From the NCBI RefSeq assembly GCF_003814745.1, contig NZ_RKRD01000001.1, forward strand, positions 1,793,947 to 1,817,946: 24,000 nt of DNA. Reading direction: 5' to 3'. Origin of the DNA: Hydrogenoanaerobacterium saccharovorans. GTDB lineage: Bacteria; Bacillota; Clostridia; Oscillospirales; Ruminococcaceae. Shown here piece by piece: positions 8,338 to 16,890 of this stretch. The number at the start of each line of letters is the position of its first letter. Positions within the stretch are counted from its first letter, which is position 1. The translations under genes and the position numbers were made by a program. The notes below the pieces were generated by a model that did not search any database, was not told the origin of the DNA, and saw only the letters and a program-made list of their open reading frames with translations.

Positions 8338-8384
8338 GAATGGGGTAAGATAGAATACAAATAATCTTGATGGGAGGGTAAAAT

Positions 8385-9428
8385 ATGTCTGAGATGAAGG
8401 ATATGCGTTTAACACAAATGACCAAAAGCGCCGGTTGAGCATCCAAGATTGGACCAGGTGTCCTTGCACAAGTTTTGTGCAACTTACCAAAATTCTCCGA
8501 CCAAAACTTAATTGTAGGGTTCGACACCAGCGACGATGCTTGTGTTTATAAAATAAGTGATGAACTCGTTCTGATTCAAACGGTGGATTTCTTTCCGCCC
8601 ATTGTAGACGACCCATACATGTATGGGCAGATTGCCGCCACCAATGCGCTAAGCGATATTTACGCTATGGGTGCATCGCCAACGCTTGCAATGAATCTGC
8701 TTTGCTACCCGTCTTGCCTGCCGCAGGAAACGGTACAGGCAATTTTAGCGGGCGGCTACGACAAAGTGCGTGAAGCGGGTGCTATTATTGCTGGCGGGCA
8801 TACCATTGAAGACAGCGAACCCAAATACGGCTTGTGCGTCAGCGGGTTTGCACACCCCGATAAGATACTCAAAAACAGCGGCGCGCAAACAGGTGACTTG
8901 CTGATATTAACCAAACCGCTTGGCATTGGCATTCTTACAACTGCTGCAAAAGCAGATATGGCAGATGCCGTTGCTTATAGGCTTGCGGTTGAAAACATGT
9001 CTACACTGAACAAAGCCGCCTGTGAGGTTGTTTCGCGTTACCATGCGCATGCCTGCACCGATGTAACAGGGTTTGGCTTGCTTGGGCATGCTTTTGAGAT
9101 GGCGGATGGTTCTCGGCGCAGTATCAAACTGTTTTCTGGCGAAATACCCGTACTGCCCACTGCTGTAGAGCTAGCAGAAATGGGGATTATACCTGCAGGT
9201 GCATACACCAACATGAACTACCTGTACGAAAAGGTAAAGATAAACAACAGTGTGGCACGCAGTATGCGGGATATATTAGCGGACCCGCAAACCGCGGGAG
9301 GGTTGTTGGTTTCGGTCTCTGCAAAAGAGGCAACAGAAATGCTTGCCGAGTTGCAGCAGCGTACCCCTTGGGCACGCATCATCGGCGAGGTTGTGGATAA
9401 AACAGAACACAGCATCATTGTGGAATAA
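8385..9428 (+). CDS. selD: Selenophosphate synthetase SelD, a selenoprotein form (347 aa, Sec at codon 18 encoded by TGA 8436..8438)
   Basis: The track ORF starts at 8475, but the same frame is open upstream apart from one TGA. ATG at 8385 has a GGGAGGG RBS and gives MSEMKDMRLTQMTKSAG-U-ASKIGPGVLAQVL. That is the SelD N-terminal active-site motif, with Sec where E. coli has Cys17 and the Lys conserved 3 residues later. Confidence 0.9.
8439..8482 (+). promoter_or_regulatory. Candidate bacterial SECIS region downstream of the selD UGA
   Basis: Hairpin GGAC-CAGGU-GUCC (8451..8463) has a GGU-containing apical loop 17-21 nt after the UGA. A second hairpin UUGCACAA/UUGUGCAA lies at 8464..8482. The exact fold was not computed. 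Confidence 0.4.
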
Positions 9429-9441
9429 TGTGTCGCAACTG

Positions 9442-9470
9442 GCCTGCAGAGCTTTCTGCAGGCTTTTTTG
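9442..9470 (+). terminator. Rho-independent terminator of selD
   Basis: GCCTGCAGA (9442..9450) / TCTGCAGGC (9455..9463), followed by TTTTTTG. Confidence 0.85.
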
Positions 9471-9491
9471 TTTTTACAATAGACTTTGTAT

Positions 9492-9587
9492 TGGCGGGAG
9501 CATGTGGGAATCGAACCCACCCAGGCAGCAATCACTACCTGCAACGGTTTTGAAGACCGCAGGGCACACCAGCACCCATCTGCCCCC
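9492..9587 (-). tRNA. selC: tRNA-Sec (anticodon UCA), 96 nt with encoded CCA
   Basis: Hand-folded from the reverse complement GGGGGCAGAUGGGUGCUGGUGUGCCCU… Features: 8-position acceptor stem (7 pairs plus a G/A), 6-bp D-stem with 4-nt loop, anticodon loop CU-UCA-AA, 7-bp long variable arm, 5-bp T-stem with loop UUCGAUU, discriminator G, CCA. Confidence 0.92.
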
Positions 9588-9622
9588 ATATATAAGGGAT
9601 GCCTTTGCAGGCTTCCCTGTTT

Positions 9623-11509
9623 TTATTTCAACGTGCGTACATCCCCTGTTTTATTTGTGATGCCAACAGCATCAAAGTACTCGAGCAACTGCTGTGCAGG
9701 CTTACGAGAAATACCCAGTAAATCACGGTATTGTGCGAGGGTAATGTTGCTGTTTTTCAATAGATACTGTTTCAGTTTTTGTACCGCCGAATTGTAATAT
9801 TCTGCACCAATACAGCATCCCGATGGTAATTTGATAAGTGCACCGCTATGCATCAACAAAAGGGCAACACGAAGCAGAGTTCGGTCATCAGATGCTATTG
9901 ATTCGGGCGGTGCAGGTACAAAGCCTTGTTTATTGTAAAAAAACATCACCTTTTCTTTTAACGTAACATAAAGCGAGGTGCGCTCACAGCAAAAAGTTGG
10001 CAGGGCAACCATATGGGATAGAACGGAAATAACCCCACGTTTATTCAGTAAATGTAATATTTCATCCGCTGCAGGTGCAGGGTTCTGCCCAAACAGCGCA
10101 ACTTTAAACTCCTGTTTTGGCATTCCTTCCTCTAGAGGGTTGCGATTATGATAATCGGAAAGAAGTGTCTGTGCTTTTTGTGCTATCAGTTGTAAATACT
10201 CTAATAATACAAACAGTTGTGAATCGGTTTTTATTACGTCGCCTTTGTCAATTAACGCTTGCAATTCTTCTTGAAGCCGCTCTTTTGGTATTTTAGGCAT
10301 TTTAGAGTGTATTTGTTCTTGCATATACAAAACAGATGATGTTCTCATCAACTGTAAAATTTGCTCGCGGAGTGTGCCTGTATCTGCTATACGAATCGCA
10401 TTTAGTACCGTAATATCACTGCGCTTATGGCGCACTGGGTTTGCATTCAGTACTGTCCCGCCGCCGATAGTACACAAAGGAGAGTAAAAACGAACCACAA
10501 ATCGGTCCCCGTTTCTAACTGCTACAGGGCTTTCTAAGCGAAGTTGTGCGTAAGCGCTTTTGCCTGCTTGCAGTTCGTTTGTACCAAACAAAACTATACG
10601 ACACAATACAGCCGAAGTGCCAATAAAAAGATGAACGCGCTGATTGTTGACAATTGGTTTTTCTATATTCGGCAAACCAATAAGCTTTACATCCAAATAG
10701 TATGTTGCACTCAATGAGCCTGAATAGGCAAGTACATCTCCGCGCTTTAGCTTTTGTTTGTTTATTCCGGTGAGATTTACCGCCGCACGCTGCCCCGCCG
10801 CCACTTTTTCAACATTTTTACCATAGCTTTGCAGCCCGCGTATCTTTGCAGCCTCTCCGCTTGGGTAAATGCTGATGCTATCGCCAACCGTAACAGAACC
10901 TTCGGCTACAACACCGGTTACTACCGTACCAAAGCCGTCTACGGTAAACACACGGTCGATAGGGAGCCGAAAGGACTGCGCGTCATTTTGGTAAGGGATA
11001 CTTGCAGAAATGGTTGCTATTGCCGTACACAAAGCGTCAATACCTACACCAGTCTTACAAGAAACCGCATATACCGGTGCATCTGCAAGAAAGCTGTTTG
11101 CAAAACGCTCTGCAATATCCTGCTTTGCAAGGGCAAGCCCCTCCGCATCGACAAGGTCTGTTTTAGTTATTACAACGATACCTCGTTTGATGCCGAGCAG
11201 AGATAATATTTCAAGGTGCTCTGCGGTTTGAGGCATAACGCCTTCGTCGGCAGCAACTACCATCAAGACAAGGTCGATACATCCTGCACCAGCAAGCATA
11301 TTTTTGATAAAGCGTTCGTGCCCCGGTACGTCGATAATGCCTGCCTGCACCCCATTGGGCAGCGCCATATGAGCAAAACCAAGGTCAATGGTAATTCCGC
11401 GGCGTTTTTCCTCTGCAAGGCGGTCGGTATCCATACCGGTAAGTGCACGAATCAGGCAGGTTTTACCGTGGTCGATGTGGCCTGCTGTTCCGATAATGAT
11501 ATGTTTCAT
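9623..11509 (-). CDS. selB: Selenocysteine-specific translation elongation factor SelB (628 aa)
   Basis: GTPase N-terminus [53 protein letters not shown], and a long C-terminal winged-helix-type extension. Its ATGA start overlaps the selA stop. Confidence 0.93.
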   Translation of the reverse strand: MKHIIIGTAGHIDHGKTCLIRALTGMDTDRLAEEKRRGITIDLGFAHMALPNGVQAGIIDVPGHERFIKNMLAGAGCIDLVLMVVAADEGVMPQTAEHLEILSLLGIKRGIVVITKTDLVDAEGLALAKQDIAERFANSFLADAPVYAVSCKTGVGIDALCTAIATISASIPYQNDAQSFRLPIDRVFTVDGFGTVVTGVVAEGSVTVGDSISIYPSGEAAKIRGLQSYGKNVEKVAAGQRAAVNLTGINKQKLKRGDVLAYSGSLSATYYLDVKLIGLPNIEKPIVNNQRVHLFIGTSAVLCRIVLFGTNELQAGKSAYAQLRLESPVAVRNGDRFVVRFYSPLCTIGGGTVLNANPVRHKRSDITVLNAIRIADTGTLREQILQLMRTSSVLYMQEQIHSKMPKIPKERLQEELQALIDKGDVIKTDSQLFVLLEYLQLIAQKAQTLLSDYHNRNPLEEGMPKQEFKVALFGQNPAPAADEILHLLNKRGVISVLSHMVALPTFCCERTSLYVTLKEKVMFFYNKQGFVPAPPESIASDDRTLLRVALLLMHSGALIKLPSGCCIGAEYYNSAVQKLKQYLLKNSNITLAQYRDLLGISRKPAQQLLEYFDAVGITNKTGDVRTLK

Positions 11510-12888
11510 AGTGCGTTTGCTACCCCCTGTGCCACCAAATCGAACTCATGCTCATCTATGGTGGAAACATCGAGCAACAAGCGGTTTTCGCTGATGCGTG
11601 CAATGATAGGTGTTTCAAAAGCACGCAATTTCTGTTCCAGCTGTGTAACGGTTATTTTATAAGGTGCAATTGCAACCGCCGCAGTTGGAAATACCTGTGC
11701 AGGTAAACTACCGCCACCCGCCTGCCGCTGTTGCCGAACCACCTCTACTGTATACCCAGGGCAGTTATCTAAAATCTTTTGGCATAGCAACTGTGCTTTT
11801 TCAGTTAGAGTGGCAATGTCTGCGAAAAGCATACGCAAAGCGGGGATTTCTTTGCATGCCTGTACAGGGTCACGATACAAATGCAGTGTTGCCTCAAGTG
11901 CTGCGAGCGATAATTTATCAAGCCTCAATGCTCGTGCTAGAGGGCTGCGTTTCATTCGGTTGATACATTCCGCAGAGCCTACAATAATACCAGCCTGTGG
12001 ACCACCAAGCAGCTTATCACCGCTAAAGGTTACTATATCTGCACCGTCACGCAGAGCCTGCGGCACAGTTGGCTCAATCGAAATAGGGTATGCATGTTCA
12101 TCAAGCAAAGCACCGCTTCCAAGGTCATATACAACGGGGATATTGCGTTGTTTGCCCAGCTTTGCAAGCTCAGTGAGCGGCACATCACCCGAAAATCCGA
12201 TAATTTTATAGTTGCTGGTATGCACTTTTAAAAATACCGCTGTTTGGTCGGTTATTGCATTTACGTAGTCGCGCAGATGGGTTTTGTTGGTTGCGCCCAC
12301 TTCAACCAAGCGCCCGCCGCTCTGCTCCATAATATCGGGGACACGAAAGCTATCGCCGATTTCTACCAATTCTCCGCGTGAAACAATAATTTCCCTATTG
12401 TTCGCAAGGGTGGAAAGTGTTAGCAAAATAGCCGCCGCGTTGTTGTTTACCGCCATTGCTGCTTGTGCCCCTGTAAGCTCGCAGAGCAGAGGTTCTATGT
12501 GCTCTCCTCGATTGCCTCGTGCGCCCTTTTCCGCATCGTATTCTAACGTGGAATACCCCGAAGCAGCGTCATACACTGCCTGCAACGCCGATTTACTCAG
12601 CGGAGCTCGCCCAAGGTTGGTGTGCAGAACAATACCCGTTGCATTGATGACACGCCGCAGGCTCATCGTGCTCAAGCAATTTGCCCTTGCCAACACCGCG
12701 TTACTAAGGCATTCTGTTGACGGCACTTCGTTGCACTCGCCTGCGATAAGCTTGGCTCGTAGGCTATCCAGTTCGGCGCGAACCGCCTGCAAAAGAACTG
12801 AATGATGATATTGCTGCTGTAAAAGCGCAGGCTGACGCAAAAGTTCGTCCACTTTTGGAATTTGGCGCAAAAGCGGGTTGGATGGCAT
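11506..12888 (-). CDS. selA: L-seryl-tRNA(Sec) selenium transferase SelA (460 aa from ATG 12888; a TTG one codon upstream is possible)
   Basis: N-terminal [12 protein letters not shown] motif, [32 protein letters not shown]-lysine region. GGAG RBS sits in the 17-nt gap after the upstream gene. Confidence 0.92.
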   Translation of the reverse strand: MPSNPLLRQIPKVDELLRQPALLQQQYHHSVLLQAVRAELDSLRAKLIAGECNEVPSTECLSNAVLARANCLSTMSLRRVINATGIVLHTNLGRAPLSKSALQAVYDAASGYSTLEYDAEKGARGNRGEHIEPLLCELTGAQAAMAVNNNAAAILLTLSTLANNREIIVSRGELVEIGDSFRVPDIMEQSGGRLVEVGATNKTHLRDYVNAITDQTAVFLKVHTSNYKIIGFSGDVPLTELAKLGKQRNIPVVYDLGSGALLDEHAYPISIEPTVPQALRDGADIVTFSGDKLLGGPQAGIIVGSAECINRMKRSPLARALRLDKLSLAALEATLHLYRDPVQACKEIPALRMLFADIATLTEKAQLLCQKILDNCPGYTVEVVRQQRQAGGGSLPAQVFPTAAVAIAPYKITVTQLEQKLRAFETPIIARISENRLLLDVSTIDEHEFDLVAQGVANAL

Positions 12889-12908
12889 CAAGCAACGCTC
12901 CTTTCGTC

Positions 12909-14066
12909 TTATTCTGCAAGAATTTTATGTATACACTTAACCACATAATCAATTTCAGTAATGGTGTTAAAATGGCTGATGGAAAAGCGCACTGTCCCCT
13001 GCGGGAAAGTACCCAGAGTTTTATGTGAATTGGGGGCACAGTGCAGCCCGCAGCGCGTCATAATACCATACTCACTATCAAGGCGGTATGCAACCTCCGC
13101 ATTATCTTTGCCAAGAAAATCAAGCGACACAATCGCCGATTTTTTTGTTGCGTCGTCTACCCCCACCAAGCGCAACTTCTTTTCGGTAAGGCTTTCCATC
13201 ATACGTTGTGTAAGTGACTGCTCCTGCTCTCGGATCCGGTCAATACCGTATTTTTCGAGATAATTGAGAGAGGTGTTCAGCCCATAAATACCGGGGAGGT
13301 TCGGAGTACCTGCTTCAAAACGGTCCGGCAACAGCAGCGGCAAGGTTTCAAGGTTAGAAAAACTGCCGGTTCCACCCGAAAATAAAGGGGTGAGCTCTTT
13401 TGCAAAAGAATCAGTAATAAGAAAGCCCCCTATCCCCTGCGGTGCAAGCAGCCCTTTGTGGCCGGTAAAGCACAATGCATCTAGGTGCATCGCCTGCATA
13501 TTAATTGGAAAGGTGCCTCCTGTTTGTGCACAATCTACAATAAACTTTAATCCATGCTCGCGACAAAATGCACCCACCCATTCAATAGGCATCAAGGTAC
13601 CGCAAACATTGGAAGCATGCGTCATTACAACGGCTCTTGTATTGGGGCGCAGCATCGATTCCATTTCATCTACCATCAGTTCACCGTCGCGGTTACATGG
13701 TATACGGTCAAATGTAACACCGTTTTCGGTAAGCTGTGTCAGAGGACGCATGACTGCGTTATGCTCCATTGCAGATATTAACAGGTGATCACCTGCTTTA
13801 AAGCAGCCTTTTAAAACCATATTCAGAGCAACTGTTACGTTTTGTGTAAAGATGACATTGCGCGGCTCGTTAAAACCGAACAAAGTACATAAACGCTCAC
13901 GCGTATCAAGTACGACCTCCGCCGTACTGTAAGCATCTTCATATTCACCGCGGTTGACATTGCAACCAACATGCTCAATAAACTCACAAACACGCTGTGC
14001 AACTCCGGGAGCTTTGGGGTAGGTTGTACTGGCATTATCCAGATAGACTTTGCAGTTTTCAGCCAT
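12909..14066 (-). CDS. Class V aminotransferase-fold PLP enzyme, NifS/CsdA-like (cysteine desulfurase or selenocysteine lyase family), 385 aa
   Basis: YLDNASTTYPKAPGV…, FTGHKGLLAPQGIGG (PLP Lys), …RCGLHCAP (active-site Cys loop). Start moved from GTG 14075 to ATG 14066, which sits 6 nt after GAGGTGA. Confidence 0.85.
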   Translation of the reverse strand: MAENCKVYLDNASTTYPKAPGVAQRVCEFIEHVGCNVNRGEYEDAYSTAEVVLDTRERLCTLFGFNEPRNVIFTQNVTVALNMVLKGCFKAGDHLLISAMEHNAVMRPLTQLTENGVTFDRIPCNRDGELMVDEMESMLRPNTRAVVMTHASNVCGTLMPIEWVGAFCREHGLKFIVDCAQTGGTFPINMQAMHLDALCFTGHKGLLAPQGIGGFLITDSFAKELTPLFSGGTGSFSNLETLPLLLPDRFEAGTPNLPGIYGLNTSLNYLEKYGIDRIREQEQSLTQRMMESLTEKKLRLVGVDDATKKSAIVSLDFLGKDNAEVAYRLDSEYGIMTRCGLHCAPNSHKTLGTFPQGTVRFSISHFNTITEIDYVVKCIHKILAE

Positions 14067-14115
14067 CTTTATCACCTCATAAAGCTATGATACTATTTTT
14101 TCTAAAAAACCGCTA

Positions 14116-14141
14116 TATCTATAGATAAATTCTATAGATAT
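14116..14141. promoter_or_regulatory. Tandem palindromic boxes TATCTATAGATA (14116..14127) and TCTATAGATA (14131..14140): candidate operator in the divergent csd-selAB / yedE control region
   Basis: Read directly. The first box is a perfect 12-bp palindrome. The 10-mer TCTATAGATA is repeated exactly with a 13-nt period. Confidence 0.5.
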
Positions 14142-14185
14142 GCACAAATTATATAAAATTGCAATGCCTAAATTTGGAATTTATA

Positions 14186-14194
14186 TGCTATAAT
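14186..14194 (+). promoter_or_regulatory. Candidate extended -10 promoter (TGcTATAAT) for yedE-yedF-DUF3343
   Basis: TGCTATAAT lies 57 nt upstream of the yedE TTG start. It is followed by the 15-nt palindrome ATTAGTA-A-TACTAAT (14199..14213). No good -35 was found. Confidence 0.45.
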
Positions 14195-14250
14195 GATTAT
14201 TAGTAATACTAATCTATCAGTGATTTTAACACGAAAGGGCGGTTGTTTTC

Positions 14251-15333
14251 TTGAAAGGAAAGATAAAAATAGTAGTTGCCGGGTTGATCATCGGCGTCAT
14301 CTCGGTGGTGTTGGTGTTGATGGGCAACCCTGCCAATATGGGGTTTTGCATTGCTTGTTTTATTCGTGATACAGCAGGTGCAGTTGGTATGCACAGAGCG
14401 GAAATTGTGCAGTACATACGCCCCGAGATCATCGGTTTGGTTTTAGGCGCATTTCTTTTAGCAGTATGCAAAAAAGAGTTTTCACCGCGCGGCGGTTCTT
14501 CCCCCGTTACACGTTTTGTACTGGGCTTTTTTGTAATGGTTGGTGCACTGATGTTCCTCGGTTGCCCGTTTAGAATGATTCTTCGTTTGGCGGGCGGAGA
14601 CTGGAATGCTGTGTTGGGTTTACTTGGCTTTACTGTTGGAATTGGCATTGGCGTTGCATTTTTAAAGAACGGATACAGCCTAAAACGCACTTATACCCTG
14701 CCCGCCTTAGAGGGTGCAGCTCTGCCGGTAATTCAACTTGTGATGCTTACTTTGCTGCTCGCAGCACCTGCGTTTATTCTGTTCAGCACCGAGGGGCCCG
14801 GTTCAAAACATGCCCCTATTTTAGTATCCCTGGCAGCAGGTTTGATTGTAGGTGTTATTGCACAGCGTACAAGGCTTTGCATGGTAGGCGGTATCCGCGA
14901 TGTAATGCTGTTTAAAGACTGGACCTTGCTTGCGGGTTTTGCAGCAATTTTTGCAGGAGCCTTGGTTTGCAATTTAATATTTGGGTTGTTTCACCCCGGT
15001 TTTGCTAACCAGCCCGTAGCCCACACCGACGGACTTTGGAATTTTCTTGGTATGCTTGCTGTTGGCTTTGGCTCTGTACTTTTAGGCGGTTGCCCCATGC
15101 GCCAACTGGTACTTGCAGGCGAGGGCAACTCCGATTCTGCAATCACTGTGCTTGGTTTATTTGTTGGCGCAGCATTTGTACATAATTTTGGTCTTGCATC
15201 TTCGGGCAAAGGCCCTACTTTAAACGGGAAGATTGCTGTTATAACAGGGCTTATCATTATGGTAATTATCGCCGTTTGCAATATAAAAAATGCAAAGAAA
15301 GTTAAGGAGAAGGTATATGAACAACACAATTGA
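14251..15333 (+). CDS. yedE: YedE-family membrane protein (putative selenium/sulfur compound transporter), 360 aa, TTG start
   Basis: Polytopic membrane protein with the YedE signature GNPANMGFCIACFIRD and a second conserved Cys region (GGCPMRQ). GAAAGGG RBS. Followed by yedF. Confidence 0.85.
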   Translation: MKGKIKIVVAGLIIGVISVVLVLMGNPANMGFCIACFIRDTAGAVGMHRAEIVQYIRPEIIGLVLGAFLLAVCKKEFSPRGGSSPVTRFVLGFFVMVGALMFLGCPFRMILRLAGGDWNAVLGLLGFTVGIGIGVAFLKNGYSLKRTYTLPALEGAALPVIQLVMLTLLLAAPAFILFSTEGPGSKHAPILVSLAAGLIVGVIAQRTRLCMVGGIRDVMLFKDWTLLAGFAAIFAGALVCNLIFGLFHPGFANQPVAHTDGLWNFLGMLAVGFGSVLLGGCPMRQLVLAGEGNSDSAITVLGLFVGAAFVHNFGLASSGKGPTLNGKIAVITGLIIMVIIAVCNIKNAKKVKEKVYEQHN

Positions 15334-15526
15334 TGCACGCGGGCTTTCTTGCCCACAGCCGGTTATTATGCTGAAAAAGGTACTGGATGCCAAACCCAAT
15401 AGCTGCGAACTTTTGGTAGATAACCGTACCGCTGTGGAGAACACTACCCGCTATGCAGAAAATGCAGGCTATAAAGTTACGGTTGCACAAATAGATGACG
15501 AATATCATCTGAGCATTGTGAAATAA
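15317..15526 (+). CDS. yedF: YedF/TusA(SirA)-like sulfur/selenium carrier protein (69 aa)
   Basis: MNNTIDARGLSCPQPVIMLKKVL carries the TusA-type CPxP motif. Start trimmed to ATG 15317 behind AAGGAGAAGG. Overlaps the yedE 3' end by 17 nt. Confidence 0.85.
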   Translation: MNNTIDARGLSCPQPVIMLKKVLDAKPNSCELLVDNRTAVENTTRYAENAGYKVTVAQIDDEYHLSIVK

Positions 15527-15531
15527 AAGCT

Positions 15532-15771
15532 ATGATAACCTATATTGCAACTTTTTTTACCCACTTTGATGCAATCAGTTTTGCAAAGACACTGCACAAA
15601 AATGGGTTGGATGCAAAGCCAATGCCCGTGCCACGCAGGCTGTCATCCTCTTGCGGCACTTGCGTAAAATTCACCTCAGATGCTAGTCCATTAAATTACA
15701 AGCATGAGGGCATTGAGCAAATCGTATCTGTATCAGAAGACCACTATCAACTAGTATGGGACAATCGTTAG
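15532..15771 (+). CDS. DUF3343-like small protein (79 aa)
   Basis: Pattern …FFTHFDAISFAKTLHKNGLDAKPMPVPRRLSSSCGTCVKF matches my recollection of DUF3343. That domain is the C-terminal half of long YedF proteins. Begins 5 nt after the yedF stop. Confidence 0.7.
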   Translation: MITYIATFFTHFDAISFAKTLHKNGLDAKPMPVPRRLSSSCGTCVKFTSDASPLNYKHEGIEQIVSVSEDHYQLVWDNR

Positions 15772-15828
15772 TTTCGTAGGTAAGAATTCATATGCACATT
15801 TCAGCAACACATTAAATATCTGAATACC

Positions 15829-15865
15829 AAAAAGCCATCCGAAGGTCAATATCGGATGGCTTTTT
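15829..15865. terminator. Bidirectional rho-independent terminator between DUF3343 (+) and carbamate kinase (-)
   Basis: AAAAA-GCCATCCGA (15834..15842) … TCGGATGGC (15852..15860)-TTTTT. Confidence 0.9.
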
Positions 15866-15915
15866 GGCTTGGTATCTATGGTTTATCGGAGATAGAAGTA
15901 TGGCATATAAATAAG

Positions 15916-16845
15916 TTATTTGATGACGGTACCGGTTTTACCTGCAATGCCGTTTTTTGCCTTTTCAAGCAATGTAATTAAAGCAGTGCGGTTTGCTTTA
16001 CTCTCTGCAAATTGTACCGCAGCCTGTACCTTAGGCAACATGGAGCCAGGCGCAAAATGCCCTTCTTCCATATATTTTCTCGCCTCATCAGGTGTAATTT
16101 CAGACAACCATTTTTGTTCGGGTTTGCCAAAGTTAATAGCGACCTTTTCAACCGCTGTGAGAATGATAAGGTAATCGGCATCAATCTGCTCTGCAAGCTT
16201 AGCACTTGCAAAGTCTTTATCGATTACCGCAGGGACACCTTTGAGGTGGTTGCCCTGTTTAATAACGGGGATACCGCCGCCGCCGCCCGCAATGACAATC
16301 TGACCTGCGTCGATCAGTGCCTTGATAATATCAAGCTCTACGATTTCCTGCGGTTTTGGAGACGCAACAACACGGCGGTAGCCGCGGCCTGCATCTTCAA
16401 TTACTTTGCAGCCTTTTTCAGAAACTAATTTATCGGCCTCTTCTTTGGTCATAAATGCACCGATTGGCTTTGTGGGGTTTTCAAAAGCTTTGTCCTCGGG
16501 ATCTACCGCAACTTGTGTTAACACGGTAGAAACCGCTTTTTTAATGCCGCGGTTGAGTAATTCTTCGCGCAGTGCATTCTGCAGGTCGTAACCAATGTAG
16601 CCTTGGCTCATTGCAACGCAAACAGAAAGTGGCGCAAGGGGCTGGTTGTGTACACGGCTGAATTCTGCCATTGCATTTTGGATCATACCTACCTGCGGGC
16701 CGTTGCCATGAGAAATAACAACCTGATGGCCCTCTTCGATAAGATCTGCGATGGCTTTGGAGGTTTCTTTGACAGCAATCATCTGCTCGGGGAGATTATT
16801 ACCGAGTGCGTTGCCGCCGAGTGCGATGACTATCTTTTTGCCCAT
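15916..16845 (-). CDS. arcC: Carbamate kinase (YqeA/ArcC-like), 309 aa
   Basis: MGKKIVIALGGNALG…, VISHGNGPQVG, IAGGGGGIPV. Start trimmed to ATG 16845 behind AAGAGGT. Confidence 0.9.
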   Translation of the reverse strand: MGKKIVIALGGNALGNNLPEQMIAVKETSKAIADLIEEGHQVVISHGNGPQVGMIQNAMAEFSRVHNQPLAPLSVCVAMSQGYIGYDLQNALREELLNRGIKKAVSTVLTQVAVDPEDKAFENPTKPIGAFMTKEEADKLVSEKGCKVIEDAGRGYRRVVASPKPQEIVELDIIKALIDAGQIVIAGGGGGIPVIKQGNHLKGVPAVIDKDFASAKLAEQIDADYLIILTAVEKVAINFGKPEQKWLSEITPDEARKYMEEGHFAPGSMLPKVQAAVQFAESKANRTALITLLEKAKNGIAGKTGTVIK

Positions 16846-16890
16846 AAATTTTACCTCTTTCGGTTTATAATTGGCAAATTTCACAATTAA

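Noticed and set aside
8294-8527. N-terminal 78 codons of the 414-aa track ORF (MSNPTIKFWSENFG…), which run antisense across the selD start
   Set aside because: It has no RBS and no recognisable protein features, and it overlaps the selD 5' end and promoter region. The LysR HTH begins exactly at the internal ATG 8293, which has a good RBS.
8475-9428. selD starting at the track Met (8475)
   Set aside because: This start would delete the conserved N-terminal active-site loop. The upstream in-frame sequence, with TGA at the catalytic position and a strong RBS at 8372..8378, explains the locus better.
9464-9491. The selD terminator hairpin acting as the terminator for tRNA-Sec on the minus strand
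   Set aside because: Read on the minus strand, the hairpin is followed by AGUUGCG rather than a U-tract. It may still impede transcription, but it is not a canonical terminator in that direction.
9343-9797. 105-aa and 103-aa + strand ORFs spanning the tRNA-Sec region
   Set aside because: They overlap a well-folded tRNA gene, a terminator and the selB 3' end. There is no RBS or motif support.
14067-14075. Upstream-extended starts from the ORF track: GTG 14075 for the NifS-like gene, TTG 21074 for xdh, ATG 16884 for arcC, ATG 20763 for ygeX, ATG 15290 for yedF
   Set aside because: In each case an internal ATG lies 5-9 nt after a strong Shine-Dalgarno sequence and coincides with the conserved family N-terminus. 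The extensions either overlap that SD or lack one.
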